From contig JARBTQ010000010.1 of NCBI GenBank assembly GCA_029240075.1, forward strand, positions 83 through 64,082: a DNA stretch of 64,000 nucleotides. The letters run 5' to 3'. Position 1 is the first letter of the stretch. Each line of letters begins with the position of its first letter. Shown piece by piece: positions 46,499 to 56,098 of the stretch. Position numbers and translations under genes: made by a program. Source of the stretch: Chlamydiales bacterium (GTDB lineage Bacteria; Chlamydiota; Chlamydiia; Chlamydiales; JARBTQ01). The notes beneath the pieces were generated by a model that had not been told where the DNA came from, did no database searches, and worked only from the letters and a program-made list of their open reading frames with translations.

Positions 46499-47818
46499 AT
46501 GTTAACAATATACGATATCGCAAGACATACTGTGACGGAGCAACCTTATGCAACAAAGGCTTATAACACTAATATTTCATTTCAAGAGTCTCAAACCTAT
46601 CAAGTGCTATCAAGCACAACAAACTTAGACACTATACAGAATGTAAAAAGCTATATTGAAGGGAAGTTATTATTTGAGGAATTATCGGCTCGAGTCAATA
46701 CTCAAAACGCTCATGAATACCTTGCAGCTGCTAAACTTATCGATCTTGAAAATGCAAATCAGGATGCTATGAATACTACCTATAAAGTTAGGGAACTATG
46801 TATCTTACGCTCGAGTGGTACTACAAATAGTAAACCTGAAATTAATATGCTAAATGCTTTTTCAAACCCGCCCCTCGTATTAAATGATGTCCCTGTGGAC
46901 CTATTATTGGCAAATGAATTAGATAACTCTCATCCTTTAGTTCAGAAAGCTGCATTTGGGGAAGAGAGAAATCGCTACCTAGCTAAAATCTATACTTACG
47001 CTCAAAAACAAGCTTTGATCATTCCTGAGATAATTCCTCTGATTGAGCAAGTCATCTCTTCTCGCTTTGAAGCTATGAAAAAGGTCGCAGAGCACTTACC
47101 AGAAAAAACTTTTGTTGTCTTTAAGGGGTGTTCAGGAGCAGGCAAAACATATGCTCTTGAAGCTTTTGTAGCCGCAAATACTCCTGGCTTATCCGCAGAA
47201 AAAGCTGTCCAAAGTACAGATAATACCAAAGAAGATATTCGTAGTCGCACAGGTAAGATTTTTTCAGATCAGCAAGCGCATTTGTTATCCTTTTCTGTAT
47301 TTAAAATGCTGGTAGAAGTTGTTAAAGAAGAGCAGCCTTTCCTTTCAACATTACAGGAGGGATGGTTTAACAGTTCTTTTGCAATTGAGGGTCTATTTAA
47401 AGATCTTAATAAATCGAGTCTAAAATTAGATATGAGAGATTTTGATGGGGATTTTGAAGCTCTATGTTTGCGTGTTCTTTCGCGTCATAACTGCCCTAGT
47501 GCTCCCAAACCACCTTTTGAGCAAGTAATACGAGGATTTAAAACAAGTCGTGAGTCAAGGATTCAGTTATTAAACTCGTTAAGAAGTGAAGATAAATACC
47601 AATTTCATTTTGTTAATAAAAATGGGGAGGTTGACCTTACAAAAGATCCAAAGTCTATATCCCATTTACCATCATCAACTGTTGATGAAGAAATTGAAGC
47701 AACAAAAAATGTACTTATCACAGAGCAACATAGTCAACTTTTCGGAGAATCTTTGACAAATTTCATAGGATTAACTATTGAAGATGCTTTCAAAAAAGCA
47801 AAGGAGGTTCGCGTATGA
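46499..47818 (+). CDS. P-loop protein, zeta-toxin/AAA-kinase-like C-terminal domain with ~190-aa N-terminal extension
   Basis: Walker A FKGCSGAGKTYALE (47126..47149), followed by STDNTKEDIR. Stop overlaps the next start (ATGA at 47815..47818). Confidence 0.5.
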   Translation: MLTIYDIARHTVTEQPYATKAYNTNISFQESQTYQVLSSTTNLDTIQNVKSYIEGKLLFEELSARVNTQNAHEYLAAAKLIDLENANQDAMNTTYKVRELCILRSSGTTNSKPEINMLNAFSNPPLVLNDVPVDLLLANELDNSHPLVQKAAFGEERNRYLAKIYTYAQKQALIIPEIIPLIEQVISSRFEAMKKVAEHLPEKTFVVFKGCSGAGKTYALEAFVAANTPGLSAEKAVQSTDNTKEDIRSRTGKIFSDQQAHLLSFSVFKMLVEVVKEEQPFLSTLQEGWFNSSFAIEGLFKDLNKSSLKLDMRDFDGDFEALCLRVLSRHNCPSAPKPPFEQVIRGFKTSRESRIQLLNSLRSEDKYQFHFVNKNGEVDLTKDPKSISHLPSSTVDEEIEATKNVLITEQHSQLFGESLTNFIGLTIEDAFKKAKEVRV

Positions 47819-49437
47819 CAGCTATTACACGCTCATACAATAGTCCAAATATTGAAAATTCAATTCCATACTCGCCTAGATCAAGCAAAGAAGAAAAGGT
47901 AGATCGCATTACAGAAGTATCGATTGAAACTTTGAAAAATCTTCATGCAGCTCGATCAGATACAATACAGGTATTTAGGGAAAGCAAATTTACTATCTTA
48001 TTTACAGGGGATACACACAGTTATCTTGATCCTTCCGTAGCAAAATTTGTCTCGGAAAAGCCTCTTGGTGGAGTTTTAAGGCGTATTCAATATTTTAAAA
48101 AGACCGTTGACGAAACTAAAGAACCAGTTTTAATTCTAGATGCTGGTGATTTTTTTCATGGAACACCTTATTACGAGATGTTCAAAGGGAAACCTGAAAT
48201 TCAATTTATGAATATGGCAAATTACCATTTGGTAACTATAGGAAACCATGATTTAGAAGAGGGTTGGGAGCATTTAGAAAAACTACTGAGTAAAGGTAGT
48301 TTTAAGGCTGTTTGCGCGAATATATTTAAAAGCGATGAAAACAAACCATGCTTAGAACCATATTCATTACTTAAAATTGATGATAAAAATGTGGCTATTG
48401 TAGGAGTGATGGGATTGGATGCTTGGAAGTCCATTAGGCCCTCAGCACGCAGTAACTTACGAATTGAAGACCCTAAAGTTATTCTAGACGAGTTATTACC
48501 GGACATTCGCCCCTATGTAGATCTTATCATTTTACTTTCCCATTCAGGTATCAAGGATGATAAAATTTTAGCTGAACACCCCTTAGTTGATATAGTAGTA
48601 GGTGGACATTCTCATACGCTTATGTCACGAGCAGAAATAGTTGAACGCAAAGTAGATGATATGATCAAAAAAAGTTACGTCTTCCATGGTTTTCGACATG
48701 GGCAGCTTGTAGCTAGACTGGATATCGATTTATCTCACAATCATCTAGTAAATGTAAATTCTTCTGTAGAACACTTAGATGATCGATACGATTTTCCAAA
48801 TCAGGATTCGATTCCAAATGAACCAGCTGTAGCACTTTTGGATAGATATAAACAGAAAATGAAAAATAGATATGATCAGAAGTTGGGAGAATGTGTAGAA
48901 TCCTTGCCTTCCGGTGATAAAATGAATCAATTAACTCCTTTAGGCGAAGCTGTTGCAGATGTTCTACGTAGAGCTGCTGGAGCTGATGTCGGGGTTATCT
49001 CTTCAGGAGGTATTAAAGTAGGATTCGAAGAAGGACCTGTTACTGTTGGAGTGGTGCATAATATGTTAGCACATGAAGAAGAGCTATGGTCTGTCACGAT
49101 GAGCGGTAGCTTACTAATTAACCTAATGAGGGAGGGGCATAAGCGTTGGGGGCAACCAAGGACATTTCAATATGCGGGCATAACTTTAGAAATAAAGGAT
49201 TCTGAGATTCAAAGAGCTACAATCAATGGTCGTACAATTGATAAAGATGAAGATTACACAATGGCTGGCCCCTCATTTTTCTTTGAAAGAGAGATCATGT
49301 CTCCTAATTTGGAAATATTGCCCGAACTTAAAGAACAAGTTAAGTTTGTAGAGGTGAAAGCTAAAGACTTAAGAGATCCATTTAAAGAAATTATCAAGAC
49401 TCAAGGACTAGGACGTTGGATTAAACGTATTTCTTAA
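47815..49437 (+). CDS. Bifunctional metallophosphatase / 5'-nucleotidase (UshA/CpdB family), no obvious signal peptide
   Basis: GDTHS, DAGDFFHGT, GNHDLE, LSHSG and GGHSHT motifs in canonical order, plus a C-terminal nucleotidase domain. Confidence 0.85.
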   Translation: MTAITRSYNSPNIENSIPYSPRSSKEEKVDRITEVSIETLKNLHAARSDTIQVFRESKFTILFTGDTHSYLDPSVAKFVSEKPLGGVLRRIQYFKKTVDETKEPVLILDAGDFFHGTPYYEMFKGKPEIQFMNMANYHLVTIGNHDLEEGWEHLEKLLSKGSFKAVCANIFKSDENKPCLEPYSLLKIDDKNVAIVGVMGLDAWKSIRPSARSNLRIEDPKVILDELLPDIRPYVDLIILLSHSGIKDDKILAEHPLVDIVVGGHSHTLMSRAEIVERKVDDMIKKSYVFHGFRHGQLVARLDIDLSHNHLVNVNSSVEHLDDRYDFPNQDSIPNEPAVALLDRYKQKMKNRYDQKLGECVESLPSGDKMNQLTPLGEAVADVLRRAAGADVGVISSGGIKVGFEEGPVTVGVVHNMLAHEEELWSVTMSGSLLINLMREGHKRWGQPRTFQYAGITLEIKDSEIQRATINGRTIDKDEDYTMAGPSFFFEREIMSPNLEILPELKEQVKFVEVKAKDLRDPFKEIIKTQGLGRWIKRIS

Positions 49438-49578
49438 AATAGGAAATGGATTCCAAAATAAGAAAGTGTAGGGATGGTAATTTACTTACTAGGAAAAAAG
49501 AGGCAATTCTTTCTCTACACTTTCAGATAATTAGATTAAAATATAAAGCCACTTTACGAGTTAGAATATAGGCAGAAT

Positions 49579-49911
49579 ATGACACTTATTTGTAGTTTAT
49601 TTGCAAAAAATTTAAGAGGGTCTGAGGATGGTAATAGACTTTACCAGATCCCTACGGAGCTTGATGAAAAGCTAGCGTTAGCGGCGAACTCATTTTTATG
49701 TAGAAGAGCTGAGGTAATGACAGGAACCTGTGGCTGGAAAGGCGAACCAACCTGCGAAGAATTAAGAGAGATGGCAAGAGCAGCAGAGAAAAAAGTTATT
49801 TTGCTAGTTAAAGAAAGAAATGCGTTTTTACAAAGGTCTGAACAGAGCTGTCAAAACTGTCTTATCACACCTGAGGAGCTGGCAAAGATCCATGTAGATT
49901 GGAAAGCTTAG
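49579..49911 (+). CDS. Hypothetical protein (110 aa)
   Basis: ORF only. No motif recognised. Confidence 0.4.
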   Translation: MTLICSLFAKNLRGSEDGNRLYQIPTELDEKLALAANSFLCRRAEVMTGTCGWKGEPTCEELREMARAAEKKVILLVKERNAFLQRSEQSCQNCLITPEELAKIHVDWKA

Positions 49912-50096
49912 GTAGAAACAGTCGTAGTTATGCCAGAGAGCTAACATAAAAATAATTATGCTTGCTAGCGTAAGGCAAAGATGCCGATCAGGCTTTAAGA
50001 TCTGAAGAAGCACTGTTTTCAAAACTTTAACTTACAATCTATGAATTTTATCAAAGTCTGCATCAGGGTAAAACATTTGTACACCAATAGTATTGA

Positions 50097-50219
50097 GAGA
50101 CAATTAAAGACTTGGTCGGAGAAGAGTTTCTAGCTCCAGCAGCTATTGTTGTAGTGGAAGTATTAAGAACTGTTTTAAGAGCTACTGCCGGCAGTATTAA
50201 AGGGTTCATCTATTCTTAA
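50097..50219 (+). pseudogene. Possible degraded C-terminal fragment of the glycine-zipper small membrane protein family
   Basis: The start-less frame reads ETIKDLVGEEFLAPAAIVVVEVLRTVLRATAGSIKGFIYS*, resembling EKSFLAIAGAAAGFLVGTTAGIGYQVYKY of S1. A stop lies at 50094..50096 upstream. Confidence 0.3.
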
Positions 50220-50407
50220 CGAACTTTGTTAAAGCTCTATTCGCTAGCATCTGTGATTATTGAGCTTTAAGTTTTTTAATATTTTGAAAATCAGGTCAAA
50301 ATAAAATTATTTACAAAGCTTTGGGAATTTAAATTGATTAAGGGCTTTATAGTTGCTTTATATGTTGTCATGGAGTTTCCCAAGCTAAAAAAATGTAGAA
50401 AAGTGAA

Positions 50408-51352
50408 TTATTCAATAGGGTAGTAGGTATGTTGAATACTACCTTCACTTACTTCTACCAATCGAAAGCCAGAAGGATCTGTACCAAGCGGTCTACCAAT
50501 AGCTGAGGTAGTAATCATTTCAATATTCTCATATTTACCAGAAGCATTGCGATGGTAGTGCCCTGCAAAGCAGGCTGTAACACCATATTGCTCGAATTGT
50601 TCAAGCCATTTCAGTCTCGTTTTTTTAGGAATAGCAAAGTGGCTATCTTTTTCCATAGGATCAGTTAAAAACCAGGAATGATGAGTAAAAATCAGTCGAA
50701 GCTTAGGACTGTGATGGCTAGATTGAATCATCTCCTCTTTAAACCATAAATCCTGTGCTTTAGCCAGCTCAGGGGCCGCGGATGGGTCTACTAGTAGTGA
50801 GGAATTTAATGAGGTACAATGTACCCCTCCTGCCCAAAAACTAAAGTATTGAGGTCCAAAATTTCTTTCATAAGTTGCTATGCTTTCTACTGTTGGACGA
50901 TCTCCTACATCATGATTACCACATAAGCATAGTAAAGGGATACGCGGATTGATCTCTGAAACTATTCTTTTATAGTCTGTAACCTGCCGCTCGTAATTGA
51001 TTTCATTTGGGCGAGCATGCGTCATGTCACCGCAAAGGATGACAAAACGAGGAGCAAACTTATTAATTTCAATTACTGTTTTTTCCAATAGCTTCATATC
51101 TTCTGACCAGCCATCTGGAGAAATAAAGCCTAGCTGGCAGTCTGCCATTTGGATAAAAGTAAAGCGTCCTTGCCACTGTTGCTCAGCTTTGGCTTCTAAG
51201 GAGCTTTGTCTACTGCTTATATTTGCAAAGGTAGGTTTTGTCGATTTATTTTCTAGTGTAGAAAAATATTGGTTAGCAGATGGATAAATATTCATAAATT
51301 GCTTTTTGGATATAAGTTTGGATCGGTTTTTAAGAATGCGCTTTAAAAGCAT
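50408..51352 (-). CDS. CPPED1-like calcineurin-type metallophosphoesterase (eukaryote-like Ser/Thr phosphatase family) with ~55-aa N-terminal extension
   Basis: WQGRFTFIQMADCQLG, FVILCGDMTHA, CGNHDVG, YFSFWAGG, AQDLWF, GHYHRNA, SAIG..LG.DPSGFRLVEV. Order and spacing match my recollection of CPPED1. Confidence 0.75.
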   Translation of the reverse strand: MLLKRILKNRSKLISKKQFMNIYPSANQYFSTLENKSTKPTFANISSRQSSLEAKAEQQWQGRFTFIQMADCQLGFISPDGWSEDMKLLEKTVIEINKFAPRFVILCGDMTHARPNEINYERQVTDYKRIVSEINPRIPLLCLCGNHDVGDRPTVESIATYERNFGPQYFSFWAGGVHCTSLNSSLLVDPSAAPELAKAQDLWFKEEMIQSSHHSPKLRLIFTHHSWFLTDPMEKDSHFAIPKKTRLKWLEQFEQYGVTACFAGHYHRNASGKYENIEMITTSAIGRPLGTDPSGFRLVEVSEGSIQHTYYPIE

Positions 51353-52342
51353 TTAAGCTAAAGGTGTAAATCCACGCTTGACCAAATGCTTATTTACCTT
51401 GTTGACAAAATAATCAGGATTTAAAGCCGCTTTTACGGTATTCACACGTATACCAATTATACCACGACTATCCCAAGAAGTGGAGCGGCCGTAAATATCA
51501 ACGGGAATAGCTATATCTACTGCTTGAGGATCTGTCGGTTGTATTATGTTATTTTTCCTATTTGAGTAATGTTGTAAATTATCATCCAAAAAAATAGTAA
51601 GGATCGTTTTTCCTTCAAATTGAGCATTCTCTACACAATAAATAGGTTTTCCATGGCTAGCTTTGCGCCCATTGGCAAACCATGTTTGTACCTGATCTTG
51701 TCCAACTAAACTATTTTCTTGTAGAGACTTAAACAACTCTACTCCCTTTCTTAAGCTTTGTTCTCCTTTAATTTTCAGGCCACTATCTATAAAGTCTGCT
51801 TCAGTTTCTACTCTAAAGTCACTCTTATCGAACGTTTTTATCGTGTGCAAAGCATTCATTTCTTTTGCGATTACTTTGCCGTCAAAGCCAAAAGTACGCA
51901 AAGTAAAAGTATAGAGGCAAAGATTGCTTACTTTATTAAGTAAGTTAATAAGGGAAGGGAAAGGGGTAAATTTAACTTGTTGGGTTTGTGAATCAAGATA
52001 ATCTTTTGCTAATGCTTCATAAGTTTTGTTTGCTTCAGGATAGCAAGGATGATCCTCTTTAAGGTCTTTTAGAAATTGCCCTATTTTCTCTTCTTGAAGC
52101 TTTTTAATTTTTTCGTCATATTTATTGCCTGGAAATAAGACTTTCTGAACATACTCCTTGAATGACATAGCTGGATGATTTTCATCCCATTTCCAGATAA
52201 TCGATCCTGCAGTTTCAGCAATAAGGGTATTTACCTTTTTAGTGGTATCGCCAAGTACCATAGTTCCATTACCATCGCATTGAATCAAAATAACATCTGG
52301 CTTACTCAAATTAAAGCCAGTAGGTTGTGTAGAATAGCTCAT
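51353..52342 (-). CDS. Hypothetical protein, possibly HAD-like fold
   Basis: VILIQCDGNGT (DxNxT in place of DxDxT), LRTFG, FLDDN. Its stop abuts the next start (TAAATG at 51350..51355), indicating an operon. Confidence 0.4.
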   Translation of the reverse strand: MSYSTQPTGFNLSKPDVILIQCDGNGTMVLGDTTKKVNTLIAETAGSIIWKWDENHPAMSFKEYVQKVLFPGNKYDEKIKKLQEEKIGQFLKDLKEDHPCYPEANKTYEALAKDYLDSQTQQVKFTPFPSLINLLNKVSNLCLYTFTLRTFGFDGKVIAKEMNALHTIKTFDKSDFRVETEADFIDSGLKIKGEQSLRKGVELFKSLQENSLVGQDQVQTWFANGRKASHGKPIYCVENAQFEGKTILTIFLDDNLQHYSNRKNNIIQPTDPQAVDIAIPVDIYGRSTSWDSRGIIGIRVNTVKAALNPDYFVNKVNKHLVKRGFTPLA

Positions 52343-52451
52343 ATTGGTGTCCTTTATCTAAAGGTTGTTCTCTGTTTTATACTTTCATATTAATGCTGCA
52401 ATGTATTATCTTAAAAATTAATAAATTTTAAGATTTATATTAAAAAAATTA

Positions 52452-53324
52452 ATGAACTTGCCTGATCTTAATCTAATCCATTTGAAATATTTTCATGATG
52501 CAGCCCTTCTTAATAGTATCTCGGCAGCAGCCAGGGAAAATTATGTCTCTCAATCTGCTGTAAGCCAAGCTATCAGTAAAATAGAGCAAGCATTGAATGT
52601 GGTATTAACTACACATCAACGGCAGAGTTTTCAGCTAACGGAGGAAGGAATTCTTGTCTTACAAGGAGTCAAAGATATCTTTACTCAAATTACTAAGCTA
52701 AAAAATTCTATTGAGGACCAAGCTGGAAAAATAGGAGGGGAGGTACACCTTGTTTGCACTAATGCTCTTGCACAATATTTCCTTGCCCCAGCTTATGCAA
52801 AGATAAGAAACCAACTCCCTTCAGTTAATTTAAAATTTAGCAGGGGTAATCTTCATTTTATCCATGATTGTTTGAGAAATAGCAAAATCGATTTTGCTTT
52901 GGCTATCGATTCCCCAGAGTTTGCTTGTTATGAAAAAAGAATTCTTTTCAAAGGCTATTTTCGTTTGTATAAAGCTAAGCAGCTAGAAAATGACCAGGGT
53001 GGCATTCTAATTGATCATTACCAAAGCAAAGAAGTACAACTTTTTCGTAAGTATTATTTTGACCATTATGGAGAGGAACTAAAGATTCACGATGCTTTAT
53101 CTGGTTGGGCTATGGTAGCAACTTTTGTACAAAGCGGGGGAGGAATCGGATTATTGCCAGACTTTATATTTAATGCTAATCCCTCAATAGAGGAAGTAAA
53201 TTATGGCATTCCCCTTATAGAATATGAAATATGTGCTTTTAATCTAAAAGGAGCTGTTCTTAGACGTGCTACAAAGGCAGTAATAGAAGGTCTTACAGGC
53301 TTTACTATGCTAAACGCGGTTTAG
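52452..53324 (+). CDS. LysR-type transcriptional regulator
   Basis: N-terminal HTH LKYFHDAALLNSISAAARENYVSQSAVSQAISKIEQAL. Divergent from the 52342..50408 operon. Confidence 0.9.
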   Translation: MNLPDLNLIHLKYFHDAALLNSISAAARENYVSQSAVSQAISKIEQALNVVLTTHQRQSFQLTEEGILVLQGVKDIFTQITKLKNSIEDQAGKIGGEVHLVCTNALAQYFLAPAYAKIRNQLPSVNLKFSRGNLHFIHDCLRNSKIDFALAIDSPEFACYEKRILFKGYFRLYKAKQLENDQGGILIDHYQSKEVQLFRKYYFDHYGEELKIHDALSGWAMVATFVQSGGGIGLLPDFIFNANPSIEEVNYGIPLIEYEICAFNLKGAVLRRATKAVIEGLTGFTMLNAV

Positions 53325-53979
53325 TTTGGAACTCTACTATATCTTGGAAGTTAATCTTGAAGAAGCTATTGACGGAATCTTTGTAAGCACTATTTATTTC
53401 ATTAAAGCATATCAAAATGGTATTTTAAAAATCGAGAAGTCTTCGTATAGCTTATCTGTAAGGCCTTTTTCAAATTTATTAGATTTTTAGAACTATCTTT
53501 ACTTAATGAATTATTTTTTTAATTGGGAGAGCTCCGAAAAATTGCATGAAAACTAGAACGTATTCAAATATAGCAGAGATGCCGCCTATTCTTAAGAGGA
53601 AAATTTTAATGAAATGAGCAGAACTCCGGAAATAGGGTGTGGATAAAATAAGCGTTTTTATGCAATTTCTTTGGTTTTGAGCACCGTCTTTTGAGAGAAA
53701 ATTAAAGTTAAGTAAAAGGATAAGTTTGCTTATAACTTAATTTCTGAATTTTAAAAAGTAGTTTAACCCTTTCAAAAGTTTTCAGAGACCAGTTTTATGA
53801 AAATCTATAGGGTTAACGAGAGCAAAAACTCAAAAGATGTTCCATAGATTTTTGGAAATAGGGTAAAAAATACGGTAAGAGAATAAAGTAAAAACTCTAT
53901 ATAAAGTTATAGTTGAATTGAATCATATATCAATTTCGATCAAACTATCTACAATGCACACTGCAAACTTAGGTTAAAC

Positions 53980-54297
53980 ATGGTTATACATCTTATAAAA
54001 TCATTAAGTTACACCTTAGAAGAGAGAACAGGATTCTCTGTTTCAAAAGCAAGCTATAATATGTTAGAGGGAACAATAGATGGCGCTGTATTAGGGGTTG
54101 CTACCGCTATATTAGGCGTTGCGGGTATTTGCGTTGGTGTAAAATTGAAAGAAAAAATTACTAAAAGTCCACCATCTGATTCTTTAGCAGCTATTCCATT
54201 CTTAGCCCTGTATGCTGTAAAAATGGGTTTTGAGTATGGCAGCTACATAGGTTCTACATATGGTCTAGCAAAAACCGTCTATCAAATTTATAAATAG
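53980..54297 (+). CDS. Small membrane protein with a C-terminal glycine zipper (family copy S3)
   Basis: GAVLGVATAILGVAGICVGV transmembrane segment. C-terminal GFEYGSYIGSTYGLAKTVYQIYK gives GxxxG x3, as in S1 and S2. Confidence 0.6.
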   Translation: MVIHLIKSLSYTLEERTGFSVSKASYNMLEGTIDGAVLGVATAILGVAGICVGVKLKEKITKSPPSDSLAAIPFLALYAVKMGFEYGSYIGSTYGLAKTVYQIYK

Positions 54298-54348
54298 TCA
54301 TTATAGCTCCTGGAATTTCCAGGAGTGTATCAAAAAATCTAAGCTAAT

Positions 54349-54981
54349 TTATTCAGAACTTCCCTTAACAGGAAACACAGGCAAATGTGCTAAGCTTAAA
54401 ACCTTAATATCATTTATTACCTTCTTCTCATCCCCTTCAGTAAAAGCACATGCATAAGCTAAAACAGATCCCCCTGCTTTTTGTACTAGCTCATGCGCTG
54501 CTTTAATAGTGCCTCCTGAAGATATCACACAGTCAAAAATAACCACTTTCTTGTCAGCTATTAAAGATGTTTGCTCATTGTTGATGATCATTACTTTTTT
54601 TCCACCCGTAATAGAGGCGTAATGTGCTGTAGCAAATGCTCCATATGGTGAGCTCTTTGACCTTAAGATGAGGCGTGGTAAAGAAAGGCGCTCTGCTAAC
54701 ATATCTCCTAGGACGTTCGCCATATCACCCGGAATAACTAGGACTTCGGTTTCTTTAGGAATTTGAGTCGCTATAGCTTTAATAGCAGCTTTAGCTAAAT
54801 TTCTGTTTTGCTCTGCTAAAAAATCGATGTAAACTATTTTGACCGGAGAAGTTTCATAGGGTTTGACCACAGGCACTTCACCTTGGTACCCTTGAAAACT
54901 TACTTGATAGGTCGTATTTTCCTGGGCGTGGACTACACTGCAAAATATTAGCATTAAAGTAGGTAAAACTTTATTTAGCAT
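54349..54981 (-). CDS. Type I phosphoribosyltransferase-fold protein with N-terminal signal peptide
   Basis: PRPP loop VVIFDCVISSGGT. N-terminal MLNKVLPTLMLIFCSVVHAQ. Confidence 0.65.
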   Translation of the reverse strand: MLNKVLPTLMLIFCSVVHAQENTTYQVSFQGYQGEVPVVKPYETSPVKIVYIDFLAEQNRNLAKAAIKAIATQIPKETEVLVIPGDMANVLGDMLAERLSLPRLILRSKSSPYGAFATAHYASITGGKKVMIINNEQTSLIADKKVVIFDCVISSGGTIKAAHELVQKAGGSVLAYACAFTEGDEKKVINDIKVLSLAHLPVFPVKGSSE

Positions 54982-55414
54982 TCTCTTTCCTTAGTTTAGA
55001 ATTTAGGTTAAGCCACTTCTTGATTGAATGAATAGCCTTTAATAATACGATTGGTTTTAATTTGCAAACTAATCTTAGATTGAGAGGACAAAGTCTATTA
55101 GCTCTATACAGCGCTTAATCTGGCTCATATGCTATTGGCTATTTTCAAATGATTTAGTATAATTACTCTATGGACTGTCATTAATAACTGGAAAGGGGCC
55201 TCTACAAAAGTTAGAATCCTTGTTACATGATTTTTGTAAGCAATTGTAGCATTAAAATCTTTCATGCTGCTGATTGTGTGTTATCGTAGATGATTTTAAC
55301 ATTTAGATCCTGCAAAGGAACTAAAAATACTATCTTCTTTTAAAGTCATCTACTTATAGACTCTCAACTAGAAGAAGCCTTTTTCCTTGATTTACGATAA
55401 ATTGGAGATATTTA

Positions 55415-55969
55415 ATGAACGCTGTTGAACAAGCAAAGATTAAGATGAATGGTGCTTTAGAGCATTTAAAAAATGAACTTAAAAATATTCGTACAGGAAG
55501 AGCTAATCCTGCTATTTTGGATGGAGTTAGGGCCGAAGTTTATGGTTCCGAAATGAAACTAAAAGAATTAGCGAATGTTTCTGTAGCTCCTGATGGAAGA
55601 CAACTTATTGTTACACCTTTTGATAAAGCTACAACGCCTTTTATTTCAAAAGGAATTGAAAAAGCTAACCTCAATTTAAATCCTCAGGTTGATGGGCACC
55701 TCATTCGTATTCCTGTTCCCCCTATGGATGAAAATACACGTAAAGAGATGGCCAAGCTTGCAAAGAAAAAAGGGGAAGAAGCTAAAGTTGGTATTCGACA
55801 GATTCGGCAGGAATCAAATAATAAGCTAAAGCAACAGAAAACAGATAGCCAAATTTCAGAAGATGACCAAAAAAGGGGAGAAAAAAAAGTACAAGAATTA
55901 ACGGATAATGCTTGTACTGAGATAGATAAGATGGTTGTTGCTAAAGAAAAAGAGATAGTAACAATTTGA
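55415..55969 (+). CDS. frr: Ribosome recycling factor
   Basis: LKNIRTGRANPAILDGVRAEVYGSEMKLKELANVSV...IRIPVPPMDENTRKEMAKLAKK, 184 aa. Confidence 0.95.
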   Translation: MNAVEQAKIKMNGALEHLKNELKNIRTGRANPAILDGVRAEVYGSEMKLKELANVSVAPDGRQLIVTPFDKATTPFISKGIEKANLNLNPQVDGHLIRIPVPPMDENTRKEMAKLAKKKGEEAKVGIRQIRQESNNKLKQQKTDSQISEDDQKRGEKKVQELTDNACTEIDKMVVAKEKEIVTI

Positions 55970-56017
55970 TGTTGTGGATAAATACCAGAATTCATATAAT
56001 GGTGGTATATTCAAAAC

Positions 56018-56092
56018 GGCCCCATCGTCTAGCCTGGCCTAGGACACCGGATTTTCATTCCGATAACAGGGGTTCGAATCCCCTTGGGGTCA
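56018..56092 (+). tRNA. tRNA-Glu (anticodon UUC)
   Basis: Cloverleaf read by hand: acceptor GGCCCCA/TGGGGTC, T-arm AGGGG-TTCGAAT-CCCCT, anticodon loop TTTTCAT. CCA is not encoded. Confidence 0.9.
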
Positions 56093-56098
56093 CAATAT

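Noticed and set aside
53638-53646. Perfect DnaA box TGTGGATAA in the long intergenic region upstream of S3
   Set aside because: It is a single isolated 9-mer with no clustered partner boxes. One chance occurrence is expected in 64 kb of AT-rich sequence.
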